A DNA stretch of 64,000 nucleotides, from the NCBI GenBank assembly GCA_965215265.1, contig OZ244048.1, positions 1,856,001 through 1,920,000 of the forward strand, written 5' to 3'. The notes under the pieces are model-generated. The model searched no databases, had not been told where the DNA came from, and worked only from the letters and a program-made list of their open reading frames with translations. The stretch is from Candidatus Poribacteria bacterium. Its GTDB lineage: Bacteria > Poribacteria > WGA-4E > WGA-3G. The position numbers and the translations under genes were made by a program. Positions 1 through 10,631 of the stretch are shown in pieces; position 1 is the stretch's first letter, and every line of letters begins with the position of its first letter.

Positions 1-40
1 ACTGCTGTAATTTTTCAAACAGAGAGAGCCAAATTACAAT

Positions 41-108
41 CTTTTGTATATCTCCGTACCATCAACGTCTAGGTAATCATAGCTCGTGTGTAAATCTCGT
101 CTGAGCCT
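41..108 (-). repeat. Dispersed intergenic repeat family R1, inverted copy
   Basis: Reverse complement contains GGCTCAGACGAGATTTACACACGAGC...CGTTGATGGTACGGAGATATACAAAA, matching copies at ~49763, ~58411 and ~59939. Confidence 0.8.
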
Positions 109-317
109 ACTTAGGCATAGTCTTTTGAAATCAAAGCATCAGAGGGCTCCGACGAGATTTGTAAAGGATTTAACATTGCAGCAGCCTTGTATCGGGCTCC
201 TGTAGACAAAAGACCTTTATGGGGCTCCTGTAGACGAAAGAACGAGATTTGTACTAGGGTGTTAGCTACATACGGCGTTATTGTGCTACTGTAGACGAAT
301 AGAGGAAATTCACGACT

Positions 318-638
318 ATGTCACAATTTGTAAAAGCTGCTACTACGGAGCAGGTCCAGCCCGGTAAATGTATCGGCGTGAAGGTAGAAGGCGTTTTTAT
401 CGGTATTTATAATGTTAAAGGTGAGTATTATGCCATGAACAATATCTGTCCACACCTCGGTGGGGTTTTGAGTTATGGCTTCCTTGATGACAAATGTGTC
501 ACGTGCCCCTTGCACATGTGGGAATTTGATGTAACGACTGGCGAATGCGTTTGGCCGGGCGAGGAACGCCTGCCGACGTATCCAGTTAAAGTTGAGGGTG
601 AGGATATCCTCGTGAATGTGGATGCTCCGCAAAAGTAG
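318..638 (+). CDS. Rieske [2Fe-2S] ferredoxin (dioxygenase ferredoxin/NirD-like)
   Basis: CPH...CPLH Rieske ligands, YPVKVEG C-terminus, GAGGA RBS upstream. Confidence 0.92.
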   Translation: MSQFVKAATTEQVQPGKCIGVKVEGVFIGIYNVKGEYYAMNNICPHLGGVLSYGFLDDKCVTCPLHMWEFDVTTGECVWPGEERLPTYPVKVEGEDILVNVDAPQK

Positions 639-673
639 GGCAGCGTTTGCATCCAATGAAAGGAGAAGAACTA

Positions 674-1624
674 ATGGCATATCTACTCACCGGTGGCATG
701 GGCTGCATCGGGAGTTACGTAATTCGCGATTTGCTTGCCGCCGGTGAAAAAGTGGTGGTTTACGACTCTGCTTATGACTTAACCATTCCCAACATGGTCC
801 TAACGCCTGACGAATTGGCTGGATTTACCTTTGTCCAGGGGGATATCACAGACCTGCCAAGCGTATTGCGCACCATCAAGGTACACGGGATTGAACACAT
901 TATCCATCTCGCGTCTTGGCAGGTACCGGCGTGCAACGCGAATCCACCGCAGGCTTTAAAGGTAGTCTGTGAAGGCACCATCAACATGTTAGAAGCCGCC
1001 CGAATTTTCAATATCAGACGCATCGTGTGGGCGAGCAGCGTCGCTGTGTTCGGTGCACCAGAGGATTATAACCACCAACAGATTCTCAACGACGCACCGC
1101 ACTATCCCAAGTTTATTTACGGGGCATGTAAATCGTTGAACGAAAGGTACGCGTCTCACTATTTTGATACGTACGGAGTAGATTCAATTGGACTTCGGTT
1201 TACTGCTGTCTATGGTGTCGGCAGGACACGGGGGATGAGTTCGTTCACGACACAGTTGATTGAGGCAGTCGCACTCGGACAACCACACGTGTGTCCGTTC
1301 GGGGACGATGCAGTTGATTGGCAGTACGTGGAAGATGTATCCCGTTCAATAGTGCTTGCGTGCACGTGTCCAACCACCCGGACGCGCGTTTTCAATGTGA
1401 AGGGCGGCATTCGTCCGGTTAAAGACGGTGTCGCGTATCTCAAAACGTTGGTGCCGGATGCACAGATTACGTTGAAGCCAGGGGTGTTCGGGATTTCGTG
1501 GGATTATGATGCCACGCAGATTGCGGAGGAGATGAACTTTACGCCTATGTATACGATGGAGCAGGGGATTCTGAAAACCTTGAATCTGTTTCGGGAACGT
1601 GCGGGGTTAGGGCAGTTGAAATAA
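674..1624 (+). CDS. NAD-dependent epimerase/dehydratase (extended SDR)
   Basis: LLTGGMGCIG Rossmann motif and YGACK catalytic YxxxK; start placed at ATG 674 after AGGAG. Confidence 0.9.
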   Translation: MAYLLTGGMGCIGSYVIRDLLAAGEKVVVYDSAYDLTIPNMVLTPDELAGFTFVQGDITDLPSVLRTIKVHGIEHIIHLASWQVPACNANPPQALKVVCEGTINMLEAARIFNIRRIVWASSVAVFGAPEDYNHQQILNDAPHYPKFIYGACKSLNERYASHYFDTYGVDSIGLRFTAVYGVGRTRGMSSFTTQLIEAVALGQPHVCPFGDDAVDWQYVEDVSRSIVLACTCPTTRTRVFNVKGGIRPVKDGVAYLKTLVPDAQITLKPGVFGISWDYDATQIAEEMNFTPMYTMEQGILKTLNLFRERAGLGQLK

Positions 1625-2173
1625 AAAAAGTTGAGAGTACCGCCCCGTTATAAAATTCACAGATATTTCATCTTTCCGCACTATCAAAAAAGATAACCTC
1701 TAAAATCAGTAGAATGCCCATTGCCGTGCAGTCGCCATTTGGTAAAAACTAAATAGCACTGTTCAGCTTAGGAACGGAAAGAAAAGTGATGAGACTGTTC
1801 GCTCTCAAGCTAGGAGAGTTTTGTCTCAATAATGATATTGTAGGGCCAAGCGAGCTGAAAACCTTTTCCAACTGGGCATCGTCACAATCTATCGTTTAAA
1901 TCATCGCACTCTGAGAAAAAATCAAGAAAAAAGCAAATTTATTTTTTTTCTTCAGAGGCATGCCGAGGAATCTCAGGAATTCGGCAAGACTCTACGCTAT
2001 TTTTCGCACCGATTCTCCGCATTGCTGCAGCAAGTGGTGAGCTTAGCCCGGGGATACGATTCGATTTGTGTTATCGGCACCTCTATCGCGAAGGTTTCGG
2101 CACCGGTCCATGACACGGCATTGCAATGAGAGACGCTGCCTTGGGTTAGCTCCTTGTGGAACAGCACGGGGAT

Positions 2174-3571
2174 TCAGATATCCGTTCGGAAGAACTTTAG
2201 GAACGCCAGGGTTGTAAACACGAGGGCGAAAAAACAGAGCAGCAGTAAATCTATCATGGAGAGATAGAGGGTTTCCGAGAACGATGCCGCTTTCAGGTCC
2301 GGTGGCAGAGCTATTTCCTTTGGTTTGCTCCTCATCATCATCGCAAAATCATCGTCTAAAATGCTCTGGAAATACGTTTCACTCAACTGATTATAGTAAC
2401 GCGTTGCGGTTTGAAAGTAAGTCTCCCGGGTCAACTTACCGGTTTGTGCGAGGTTCATCGTGGCATAAATCAAGCAAGATGTCGGGGTGATGCGGGAAAG
2501 GGTTTCTCCGAGCTGTTCTTGTCTGGCTTTTTCACGCTGATAGTCCCTATCAATGTCGCCGGCCCGTTCTTGGAATCGCTGCCAATACTCGGCATCAATT
2601 GGGGCCCTGAGTTCGCGGATTTTTGCCATCACCTCATCAGTGAAGCTGATCACGTTGCCGAAAGCTTCCTGCATTGTTCTCCCGAGTTGCCGTTTCTTAT
2701 CTTCATCGAGATTATTACGAATCACGGCTTTTTCCATATAGACGTTCTGTGCGGAACGCGTCGGCACGACGAGTTTGGCAGCCAGAAACCCCACCCGCGG
2801 CGCAATCAGCACCGCAAACACCCATACGGTAAAGGCAACGATGAGGGCCGTCTTGGCACTCTCTAAATAAGTGGAAATCACCAATCCCAATGTAAAAAAG
2901 ACGGCGATATAGAGCAGCGCTACCAGCGACACGCTAAGCACGCGGGGGAAAATGGCGGGCTCGCCGAGAGGAAATCCTTGCCAGACCAGCAAGAATAAGC
3001 CCACGAGAAATGAGAACAAGAACGGAACGACGAACACCAAGTATCCCCCAATCAACTTACTCCAGAGGAAAACGTCGCGAGGAATCGCGTTTGCCAAGGT
3101 GATCCGGAGGGTGCCTGCTTCCTTTTCGCCTGCAACGGCATCAAAGGTAAACAGCAGCGCTAGCAAACTGAAAACCGTGCTAATCAGGAACACAAAATCC
3201 AGCTGCCCTAAAGCCGAAGAGAGCGGGACATCGGAGAGCACTGCTGCCCCGTATTTTATGCCATTGCGTGCCATTCCGAGATAACTCGGAAGCGATTCTG
3301 CTAACCCCTTGGAGAACACGCTCAAAGGTGCCGGTTTGAGGGGCAGTTTAGAAACTTCAACGTCGGGTCCCGGGGCCTCTGGCGGGTCCTTCGAGGCAAA
3401 CGTGCGTGTCAGCTTGAGGGTTTCTTGATAATTCTCGCGGGTTTGGAGATAATCGTGATAACCAATAGAAAGGGTGAGTGGGACGAGCAAGAGGCACATC
3501 AATAAGAGTGCGACAAATCGGGCACTCAGAATATGATGCATCACCTCTTTTTGAATCAACGTTAGCAACAT
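2174..3571 (-). CDS. ABC-2 type transporter permease subunit
   Basis: FDAVAGEKEAGTLRITLAN motif, several TM helices, large extracytoplasmic loop. Confidence 0.85.
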   Translation of the reverse strand: MLLTLIQKEVMHHILSARFVALLLMCLLLVPLTLSIGYHDYLQTRENYQETLKLTRTFASKDPPEAPGPDVEVSKLPLKPAPLSVFSKGLAESLPSYLGMARNGIKYGAAVLSDVPLSSALGQLDFVFLISTVFSLLALLFTFDAVAGEKEAGTLRITLANAIPRDVFLWSKLIGGYLVFVVPFLFSFLVGLFLLVWQGFPLGEPAIFPRVLSVSLVALLYIAVFFTLGLVISTYLESAKTALIVAFTVWVFAVLIAPRVGFLAAKLVVPTRSAQNVYMEKAVIRNNLDEDKKRQLGRTMQEAFGNVISFTDEVMAKIRELRAPIDAEYWQRFQERAGDIDRDYQREKARQEQLGETLSRITPTSCLIYATMNLAQTGKLTRETYFQTATRYYNQLSETYFQSILDDDFAMMMRSKPKEIALPPDLKAASFSETLYLSMIDLLLLCFFALVFTTLAFLKFFRTDI

Positions 3572-3666
3572 GTCGCTTTCTCCTAGTGAAGTTATCCTTT
3601 AGAAAGGGATTCGTATTTCGCCACCTTAGACGTATCGAATTTGAGTACTTTTGAAAAAAGTACACA

Positions 3667-3725
3667 ATAAGTCGTTTTGGGATGGTGAAAAAAATGTGAA
3701 AAAGTGCTTTGACCTTTGATAAATA
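3667..3725 (+). repeat. ~60 bp direct repeat, copy 1 (possible IS/MITE end)
   Basis: AATAAGTCGTTTTGGGATGGTGAAAAAAATGTGAAAAAGTGCTTT.ACC.TTGATAAATA, repeated at 4243-4302. Confidence 0.85.
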
Positions 3726-4242
3726 ACGGCATCAGCGCCTAATCCTAAACCGGGGACGACTGCCATCTCACCAATGACAACCGAATCCAATTGACGTTCA
3801 CCAATCAATACCGCTCGGACTGAAGCGAGGGTGGACAAACAGCGAAGGTAAAACCATGAAAATCGCCCGCTGGAAACACACTGCTTGAAACATCGCGTGC
3901 GGAGGTAGACGTGAAGGCAGGCGACGAAAAATGCCGACATAACCTTTGTAAAATCATACTTAACATGTGTGAATGGGAAGGGGGGGGGGGATTAGGCTTA
4001 AAGAATAACCACCGGCGCACGAGTTCGAGAAGCGTGGCACCTCAGCTTCCGTGTGAATTCCACGGAGATATCTGCCTGTTTTAACGGCGACGTTAACAAT
4101 TCTTCGGCTATTCATCGGTTCTTGTTCCTATTCGCAAGATTTTTCAAAGCCTACGCACGGAAAATAGCACAACTCTACAAAATATCAGGTATAGTTTAAC
4201 ACATTTTGCTGAAAATGTCAAATTAAATTAATTAATTTTCGC

Positions 4243-4302
4243 AATAAGTCGTTTTGGGATGGTGAAAAAAATGTGAAAAAGTGCTTTAACCCTTGATAAA
4301 TA
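4243..4302 (+). repeat. ~60 bp direct repeat, copy 2
   Basis: Near-identical to 3667-3725; lies just upstream of the transposase remnant. Confidence 0.85.
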
Positions 4303-4477
4303 GAGGGTTTCTCGCTTGTTTAAAAGTGTGAAATCTGCTATAATATCGGGAGTTAAAAAGGGAAGCTGGGGACCCCCCTTTTAGTAAAAAGCGGCGTTGC
4401 TTTTCACAGCCGACTGTTATTGTAGCAAAAATCGCAAAAATAAAGCAATTCCTTTTGAAAAACAAAGGCGTTTTTTG

Positions 4478-4639
4478 ATGAATCTCATAGAATTCATGGA
4501 GCGGTTTCCTGACCAAGAGAGTCGTCCTGACCACTTGGAACGCCTCAGATTGCGAGGAACGCCTGCCTGTCTAAAGTGTGGTAGTGTAAGTATCAAATGC
4601 AAAAAAGAGGAGGGTGTAGGGCGTGAAAGTATAACATAA
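4478..4639 (+). mobile_element. Truncated IS1595-family transposase (N-terminal Zn-ribbon remnant)
   Basis: MNLIEFMERFPDQES...HLERLR...CLKCGS resembles the IS1595 N-terminus (F..E..C...L...RW...CP.CG); no DDE domain follows. Confidence 0.7.
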
Positions 4640-4767
4640 GTCCAAAAAATGTCATGAAAAAAAATCAGTCTGTTGTCTCAAAATCTTTGTTAAACAGACG
4701 GGCAGTGGCCCAACTAAATCAACGATGCCAGTGCCACACGGTACCCGGCGATGGGCAGGTTATCCGC

Positions 4768-5340
4768 CTATATAATACTGCGCGCGAAAATCAATCCGCT
4801 TACGACGACGATTGCCGTTAGCGTGCGTTTTTCGCTCTTCAAGGCACGCCCCCAAGAAAAATCGTGAGCAGAGGGTTGTGTATAAGGATGCAAACGGGGC
4901 AGAAAGCGCGGCACTTTTGTTCGATAGGTTTGATAGGCAGAACCGCATGACGCTAATAGATACCTCTCTTCAACAGCGATGATCGGGACGTATTGCAAGC
5001 CGTAGCCCAAGATGAGAAGCGGGACGAGCCAATAGACATTCGCAAAGAGGCAGACACCGAAACTCAGAAGAAAATTCCCGAGATAGAGCGGGTTTCGGAC
5101 GTAGCTGTAAGGGCCACTAGTAACGAGGTCGCGTGCGGCACCGAGGGTTCGTGCGCGGGTGGTGGCTCCAGCATAGCCGACTGCCCATATCCGTAAAAAT
5201 TCACCGAGAGCCATAAAGGGGATGCCGATCGCAATTGTGTACAATCTTGGCTGCGCGAAATAGAGGAGCGCAAGGATGAATGGAATTGGTGTAAAACTCC
5301 GAATTTTGAAAAAGAAGTTGCCGATTGTTTGTGGAGCCAT
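4768..5340 (-). CDS. Isoprenylcysteine carboxyl/phospholipid methyltransferase family protein (ICMT/PEMT)
   Basis: LVTSGPYSYVRNPLYLG, EERYL and Y..YRTKVPRF motifs. Confidence 0.88.
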   Translation of the reverse strand: MAPQTIGNFFFKIRSFTPIPFILALLYFAQPRLYTIAIGIPFMALGEFLRIWAVGYAGATTRARTLGAARDLVTSGPYSYVRNPLYLGNFLLSFGVCLFANVYWLVPLLILGYGLQYVPIIAVEERYLLASCGSAYQTYRTKVPRFLPRLHPYTQPSAHDFSWGRALKSEKRTLTAIVVVSGLIFARSII

Positions 5341-5352
5341 GCTTGGTTTTAT

Positions 5353-6414
5353 TTACTTCGGTGTTCGCCAAATCATGATGCTTCCAACACTCGCATAGAT
5401 GATATTCGCACCCCAGCATGCGACAAAAGGGTGAAGTTTGCCATTCTCACTAAGTCCTTCAAGTGTAGCGAAGGAGAGAGCCCAATAGATGAAGGCGAGG
5501 AAGAAAGCGATAACGAGTCCAGCGAAGAACCCGGCCCTACCGAAACGGATGGCGATGGGTGCGCCGAGCATCACGACGACAACAGCAGCGAACGGATACG
5601 CGGTTTTGTGGTACAACTTCACCTGTTCTAGGCGCGAGATCTGGCCCGCTTCCTGTTTGTATTCAATTTGTTGGCGGAGTTCTTTGATAGTCATTGCTCT
5701 CGGGTCTTTTGCACTGCCGATAAACTGGGCCGGGTCTTCGTGACGTTCAATCTGTCGTGTCGCAAAGGTTCCGTAAGCCACTTCTTTACCGTGTTCAAAG
5801 GTGCGGGTATATCCGTCAACCAATTTCCACTGCGTAGGTGTCCAAGTAGCAGAATTTGCAAAGATGACCCCGGCGAGCTGCCCTTGTTCGTCATATTCGT
5901 AAATAGTCAGTTGATTAATGCTTCGGTTTTCAAGGTCTATTCGCTGTGAGAAAAAGGTTCGGTTCTGCTTGCCTTTGAAAAGGATGTTTCTGCCGCGTCG
6001 GGGTTTGACGTTATTTTGCAATAGGTTTGCCTTATGGAAAGCCGGGGAGGCGACTCTGTTGTAAAAAATGGCGAAGATACAACAGATAAGGAGGGTGAAT
6101 GCAATAACAGGCACGAGGAGCCTGTAAACACTCACCCCGCCGGCTTTCATAGCCGTCAATTCGTTGCTTTGTACCATTCTGCCGAGGACAAAAAAGATTG
6201 CAATGAATCCTGACACGGGGACTACCTCCATAATCCGCCGTGGGGCTTGATAGAGAACGATTTTGACAGCGGTGATGTAGGTGATATCATCTTCAAATTT
6301 CTTGATGTCTTTGTCCAACAAGCGAACGATGACAACGAGTGCACTAAGGAAGAAGAGGGCTACAATGAAGGCTTTGATGTATTCTCGAAGCAGGTATCTG
6401 TCTAAAATATTCAA
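5353..6414 (-). CDS. lptG: LPS export ABC permease LptG (YjgP/YjgQ family)
   Basis: MNILDRYLLRE start, SNELTAMKAGGVS, YHKTAYPFA; in tandem with lptF. Confidence 0.88.
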   Translation of the reverse strand: MNILDRYLLREYIKAFIVALFFLSALVVIVRLLDKDIKKFEDDITYITAVKIVLYQAPRRIMEVVPVSGFIAIFFVLGRMVQSNELTAMKAGGVSVYRLLVPVIAFTLLICCIFAIFYNRVASPAFHKANLLQNNVKPRRGRNILFKGKQNRTFFSQRIDLENRSINQLTIYEYDEQGQLAGVIFANSATWTPTQWKLVDGYTRTFEHGKEVAYGTFATRQIERHEDPAQFIGSAKDPRAMTIKELRQQIEYKQEAGQISRLEQVKLYHKTAYPFAAVVVVMLGAPIAIRFGRAGFFAGLVIAFFLAFIYWALSFATLEGLSENGKLHPFVACWGANIIYASVGSIMIWRTPK

Positions 6415-6486
6415 GAGCTGCGTCCTACAAAAAGTGTTGTTTCGGTTTCGCGTGCGCCTTTATTTCATTGAATCGCTGTGGTGAGC

Positions 6487-7698
6487 TTATGTTCTGCTGC
6501 TTCCATGCTTAAAGGTGGGTTCAAGCACAACGCCACGGTCTCTATTGCGCCAGGTTCGGATTTTACCTTCTCCGATAACTATTAGGTTGACTCCTATTCC
6601 GAGAATACCGATAAGAAGGTTAGGAAGCCACATGGCGAGGACCGGCGGTAACATACCGCTAGATCCTGTGCTCTGTCCAAGTTGTAGTAGTAGATAGTAG
6701 ACGAGGATAAGTACTAATCCGAGACCAAATCCGATCATTCTGCCGTTCTGTTTCACCATTAACCCGAGGGGAACCCCCATTAATCCGAAGGCGAGACATG
6801 CAAACGGGATGGCGAACTTTTTGTGATACTCCACTTCGGCATAGCGGAGCCGGTTAAGGGTGTACTCAGGGTTTTGCGTTGTTTCCTGAACTTTTCTCAA
6901 ATTACCGATAAACGTCTTAAGTTGTGAGATGCTCATCGTACGTGGTGTCTGGTTCTGAAATTGTTTGCGTTCCAGGTCTTCCTTCAACTGGAGGGCAATT
7001 TGTTGTTTCTGAAACTTGGTGACGCGGAAGCTATCTGAATTGTCGGTTGCGGGTTCATAAGTGAGTCCGTCGTAAAGTGTCAACATGGCTCTCCCACTTT
7101 GAAAGTCGAGGTTCGCTTCGCGTGCGTGACTAAACCGCGGCTTCCCATTCCAGATGCTGTCCCAGATTTTGACGTTCTGCATGCGGCCGTTTTCTGCATT
7201 CGTTGATTCGTACATCCAGAGTTTTCCTTCGCTTTCCAATTCCTTCATGATTATTCCGGCTTCCAAAACGATTGCCGGATTATGCCGTTGGATGTCCCTC
7301 TGAAGTGCCCTATAAGCCTGATTTGCTTGTGGCAAGGCGTAATTCATCAATCCCAAGTCTATAATGCTTAATCCCGCAGCGGTTATTAAAAGGGGTGTCA
7401 TAATCTGGTAAAAGGCGATACCGTGTGCCTTCATTGCAACGATTTCGTTGTCTGTGGATAGACGGCCCAAGGCGAGGAGAATTGCAACGAGGCTTGCCAT
7501 CGGAATAGCTACCACAACCGTTGCTGGTAGGACATAGATAACCAATTCGAGGAGGTAGAGCGGACTTACCCCTTTCTTCACGAAAAGTTTTGTCAACCGA
7601 AACAGGTCATCGAAGATGAGGATAAAGGTGAAGCAGAGGAGTGTTATGATAAAGGGTGGAAAAAACTCTTTGAGTAGATACCTTGCTAATATTTTCAT
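6487..7698 (-). CDS. lptF: LPS export ABC permease LptF (YjgP/YjgQ family)
   Basis: GRLSTDNEIVAMKAHG, EYHKKFAIPFAC, AMWLPN. Confidence 0.88.
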   Translation of the reverse strand: MKILARYLLKEFFPPFIITLLCFTFILIFDDLFRLTKLFVKKGVSPLYLLELVIYVLPATVVVAIPMASLVAILLALGRLSTDNEIVAMKAHGIAFYQIMTPLLITAAGLSIIDLGLMNYALPQANQAYRALQRDIQRHNPAIVLEAGIIMKELESEGKLWMYESTNAENGRMQNVKIWDSIWNGKPRFSHAREANLDFQSGRAMLTLYDGLTYEPATDNSDSFRVTKFQKQQIALQLKEDLERKQFQNQTPRTMSISQLKTFIGNLRKVQETTQNPEYTLNRLRYAEVEYHKKFAIPFACLAFGLMGVPLGLMVKQNGRMIGFGLGLVLILVYYLLLQLGQSTGSSGMLPPVLAMWLPNLLIGILGIGVNLIVIGEGKIRTWRNRDRGVVLEPTFKHGSSRT

Positions 7699-7914
7699 AT
7701 TTTGTGTCGCGATGCTGGGACATCGTAAAAGGCAGATGTCCTGGCAATCCGTATAACCGCCAATTCAATCGTGCCTTCCGCGTGCGTGTTATCGTGATAA
7801 GTACTGTCCAATGGCTTTTAGGGCAATGATATTTTATTTTTAGTTGTTTTATATAGCAGAAACCTTCATAAATTTAATTTGGATATTTGCTTCGCACTGT
7901 GTTATCATGTGAAC

Positions 7915-8388
7915 ATGAAACTGAGTCTTACATCTATTCAACTTACAGCGGACGATTTATCGGATGTCGCAGCCCGGCATGCCTCTGCGCAAGAGCTTTA
8001 TTCACCCACAGCTCCCCGTCCGCCAGTTGCTGAATTTGGCTGGCGCGATAGATGGTGGTTAAACCAGACAGCGTCCCAACAGGTTGCACTCCATTATTGG
8101 TTTTTCACGTCGCCTGAAGCGGCACGCACGGCTGCGGATGAAGGCAGACTTCGGCTTTCAGCTCAAACTGTGAATAAATTCGGTGAGCACGAATCTATCT
8201 ATCAACCTCCGCTGCATGATGAGCAGCAACTTGGCGATGCGATGTGGCAGGCGGGTTCAAATTTCCTATTTGTTCGGCACACCGTTGTTATATTAGTCGC
8301 AGAAGTTGGCGGCGAGGTTTCCGTAGAAACAACCCGCCGCATCGCTTGCAGAGTGTTGGAGAAGATTGAGTCGGCACTGTCCTTGTAG
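7915..8388 (+). CDS. Hypothetical protein
   Basis: Clean ORF between divergent and convergent genes; start set at ATG 7915, just after a TATCAT -10-like box; no recognisable motif. Confidence 0.6.
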   Translation: MKLSLTSIQLTADDLSDVAARHASAQELYSPTAPRPPVAEFGWRDRWWLNQTASQQVALHYWFFTSPEAARTAADEGRLRLSAQTVNKFGEHESIYQPPLHDEQQLGDAMWQAGSNFLFVRHTVVILVAEVGGEVSVETTRRIACRVLEKIESALSL

Positions 8389-8393
8389 AGAAC

Positions 8394-9458
8394 CTAATAG
8401 TCGCTGTACCACGTTGCAGACTGCTTTTCAATCTTCACGTTTGCTCCCCCACCAAATTGGCGATGGTTGAACCATGGCATAGCGTTCTCGGCTGCAGCGT
8501 TGGCGTTCCTAAAATTCGTCGTTGCTTCATTTTCCAAGAAGTTATTGACAGCTTCGGTGTCCGGGTAGTATTGGACAGCATCTTTCCAGATAGCTCTACC
8601 GCAGAGGAACCCGCTCGCGCCTGCCTCGGTGGCGAGATGGACGTTTTCAATAAATTCCTCAATATCTACGCCCGCGCTCAAAATCACCCAAGGTAGGGTT
8701 GATGCTGCGTTTAATTCTTCGCAGATATCCTTGACTTCTGCGAGTGTATATGCGGTATCGCCTGCATAAAAGTCCCTATTCTGATAATCAGCGGTGTATT
8801 TAAGGTCTGCCGGGAATTCTAACTTCAGAATATCAACCTTATAGCTCGCGGCTGTGAATTCCTTGACACTACGGATGACAAGGTCCGGTTTCTGCTTTGC
8901 GAATTCAACGCTCTTCGTCGTACCTTGGAGTGCGTAGCTAACTAATTCTAATAGAAACGGCAGATCGTGTTTTTCACACTCGTCTCCGACGTGTTGCACG
9001 AAGGCTTGTTGGTGCTTGAGCGTTTCAGGCGAAGCATCAGGATGATAGTAGGCGAGGAGTTTAATTGCGTCCGCACTGGCGTGTTGTGCTTTTTCAATGC
9101 TCCAATTCTGAATTGGCTTGGAGAGTCGTTCGTTCTCGCCGACTCCTTCGCTGACGTATCCTGATTCTTCATAAGCCAATAGAAGTGCGACATCACGCGG
9201 GATCTCGGCAATAGAGTACGGATAACCGTAAATTGGATCGGTGAGTACAGCGGTTGCATTAGGTGCGAGGGTTCGCGTTATCAATGTTTTGAGAGCGGCG
9301 ATATCTTCGTATTGAACTTCGGTTTTATCCTTGTTAAGCACATCCGCGAGTGCTTGTACCATGGAGCCGCGTTGATCGATCGCCATCATTTTAAACCGTC
9401 CATGGGCATCGGCGAGTTTGATGATGCCGCGCAATTTTCCGGAGGAAATATCGTTCAT
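8394..9458 (-). CDS. lacD: Tagatose-1,6-bisphosphate aldolase family (LacD-like class I aldolase)
   Basis: MAIDQRGS, LLLAYEESGY, VDILKLEFP, PWVILSAGV, ASGFLCGRAIWKD. Confidence 0.88.
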   Translation of the reverse strand: MNDISSGKLRGIIKLADAHGRFKMMAIDQRGSMVQALADVLNKDKTEVQYEDIAALKTLITRTLAPNATAVLTDPIYGYPYSIAEIPRDVALLLAYEESGYVSEGVGENERLSKPIQNWSIEKAQHASADAIKLLAYYHPDASPETLKHQQAFVQHVGDECEKHDLPFLLELVSYALQGTTKSVEFAKQKPDLVIRSVKEFTAASYKVDILKLEFPADLKYTADYQNRDFYAGDTAYTLAEVKDICEELNAASTLPWVILSAGVDIEEFIENVHLATEAGASGFLCGRAIWKDAVQYYPDTEAVNNFLENEATTNFRNANAAAENAMPWFNHRQFGGGANVKIEKQSATWYSDY

Positions 9459-9551
9459 ACGTTTGAATATGGGCGGTGTGCGAGTTGCACTGTTGTAAGT
9501 CTCGCCCTACATCTCCTTTATTGGGCACGTTTCTAAGCGCCCCGTTTTGTG

Positions 9552-10631
9552 TTAATATTCGCGTTCAACGAAAAAGTTGATTAGGGATAAAAAGAGTTGC
9601 TTTGCCTTGCCTTCAGGAAGATTGGCAAAATTGTGTTTAAACTGTCCAGCGGCTTCTTGTAGGAGTGCTTTTGAACGTTGTTGTGCATACGCGATAGATT
9701 GATATTTCTTCATCAATTGGAGAACACTCTGCACTTCTGCTTCCGTTTTCTCCTCACGTGGGCGCGCCATGATGTCAATCACATGTTGTGAGTCTGCAGG
9801 CGTGCATGCATTAAAGAGGTGAATGAGCACGAGGGTTCGTTTGCCTTCGCTAATGTCGCCAGCGATTTCCTTGCCGTATCTGCCTACATCACCAATAAGG
9901 TTGAGAACATCATCCTGAATTTGGAATGCAACACCCAGGTCTTTTCCGAGGTCAACGAATGCTTCCACTTCAGACTCACTTGCTCCACCAATGATTGCGC
10001 CTACGCGACACGGGGTTATGCATGTATACCAGGCTGTTTTCTGGATGCACATCGTCAGGTAATCTTCTTCGTCAAGGTTCCACCGGTTATCGCTGACCCA
10101 GCTCAGTTCAATGTGTTGGCCTTCAACGACTTGGTTGCTCAGTTGGATGAATTCGGATAAAATACGGAAAGCGAGTTCGTGGCCGAGTATGTCCGTGTTT
10201 CGATGTAGCATCTCCCACATCTTACAGTGGAGCGCGTCGCCGACATTGATAGCCATCGGGATGCCGTGTTTTTGATGGAGGCACGGCTCCCCGCGGCGGA
10301 GTTCGGAACCGTCTTCAATATCGTCGTGAATGAGAAGCCAATTCTGTAGAAGTTCGAGGGCAGCAGCAGTATTGATGGCGCGTACCGGATCGCCTCCGAA
10401 GGCTTCACAGATGAGCAAACAGAGCGCGGGACGCAGTCCCTTCGCTGCACGCTGTGGATAGTCTAACATCATCTGGTAGAGCTGCCGCACGTCCGGGTGC
10501 TCATGCGTAGCAGGCAAAAAATCAAAAATACAGGTATCAACCTGGCTCTTGACATGACTGAGATATTCAGCGACGTGCTCTTTTGTGGTTACGGGTTTTT
10601 GTCCAGTTTTTTGGTATTGGTTCTCGAACAT
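9552..10631 (-). CDS. Polyprenyl diphosphate synthase (GGPP synthase-like)
   Basis: KGLRP, LIHDDIEDGSELRRG (FARM), FQIQDDVLN (SARM), DISEGKRT. Confidence 0.92.
   Translation of the reverse strand: MFENQYQKTGQKPVTTKEHVAEYLSHVKSQVDTCIFDFLPATHEHPDVRQLYQMMLDYPQRAAKGLRPALCLLICEAFGGDPVRAINTAAALELLQNWLLIHDDIEDGSELRRGEPCLHQKHGIPMAINVGDALHCKMWEMLHRNTDILGHELAFRILSEFIQLSNQVVEGQHIELSWVSDNRWNLDEEDYLTMCIQKTAWYTCITPCRVGAIIGGASESEVEAFVDLGKDLGVAFQIQDDVLNLIGDVGRYGKEIAGDISEGKRTLVLIHLFNACTPADSQHVIDIMARPREEKTEAEVQSVLQLMKKYQSIAYAQQRSKALLQEAAGQFKHNFANLPEGKAKQLFLSLINFFVEREY

Noticed and set aside
140-302. Short repeats (GGGCTCCTGTAGAC x2, CGAGATTTGTA x2) as a possible CRISPR array
   Set aside because: Units are short, degenerate and irregularly spaced; there are no spacer-sized unique intervals and no cas genes.
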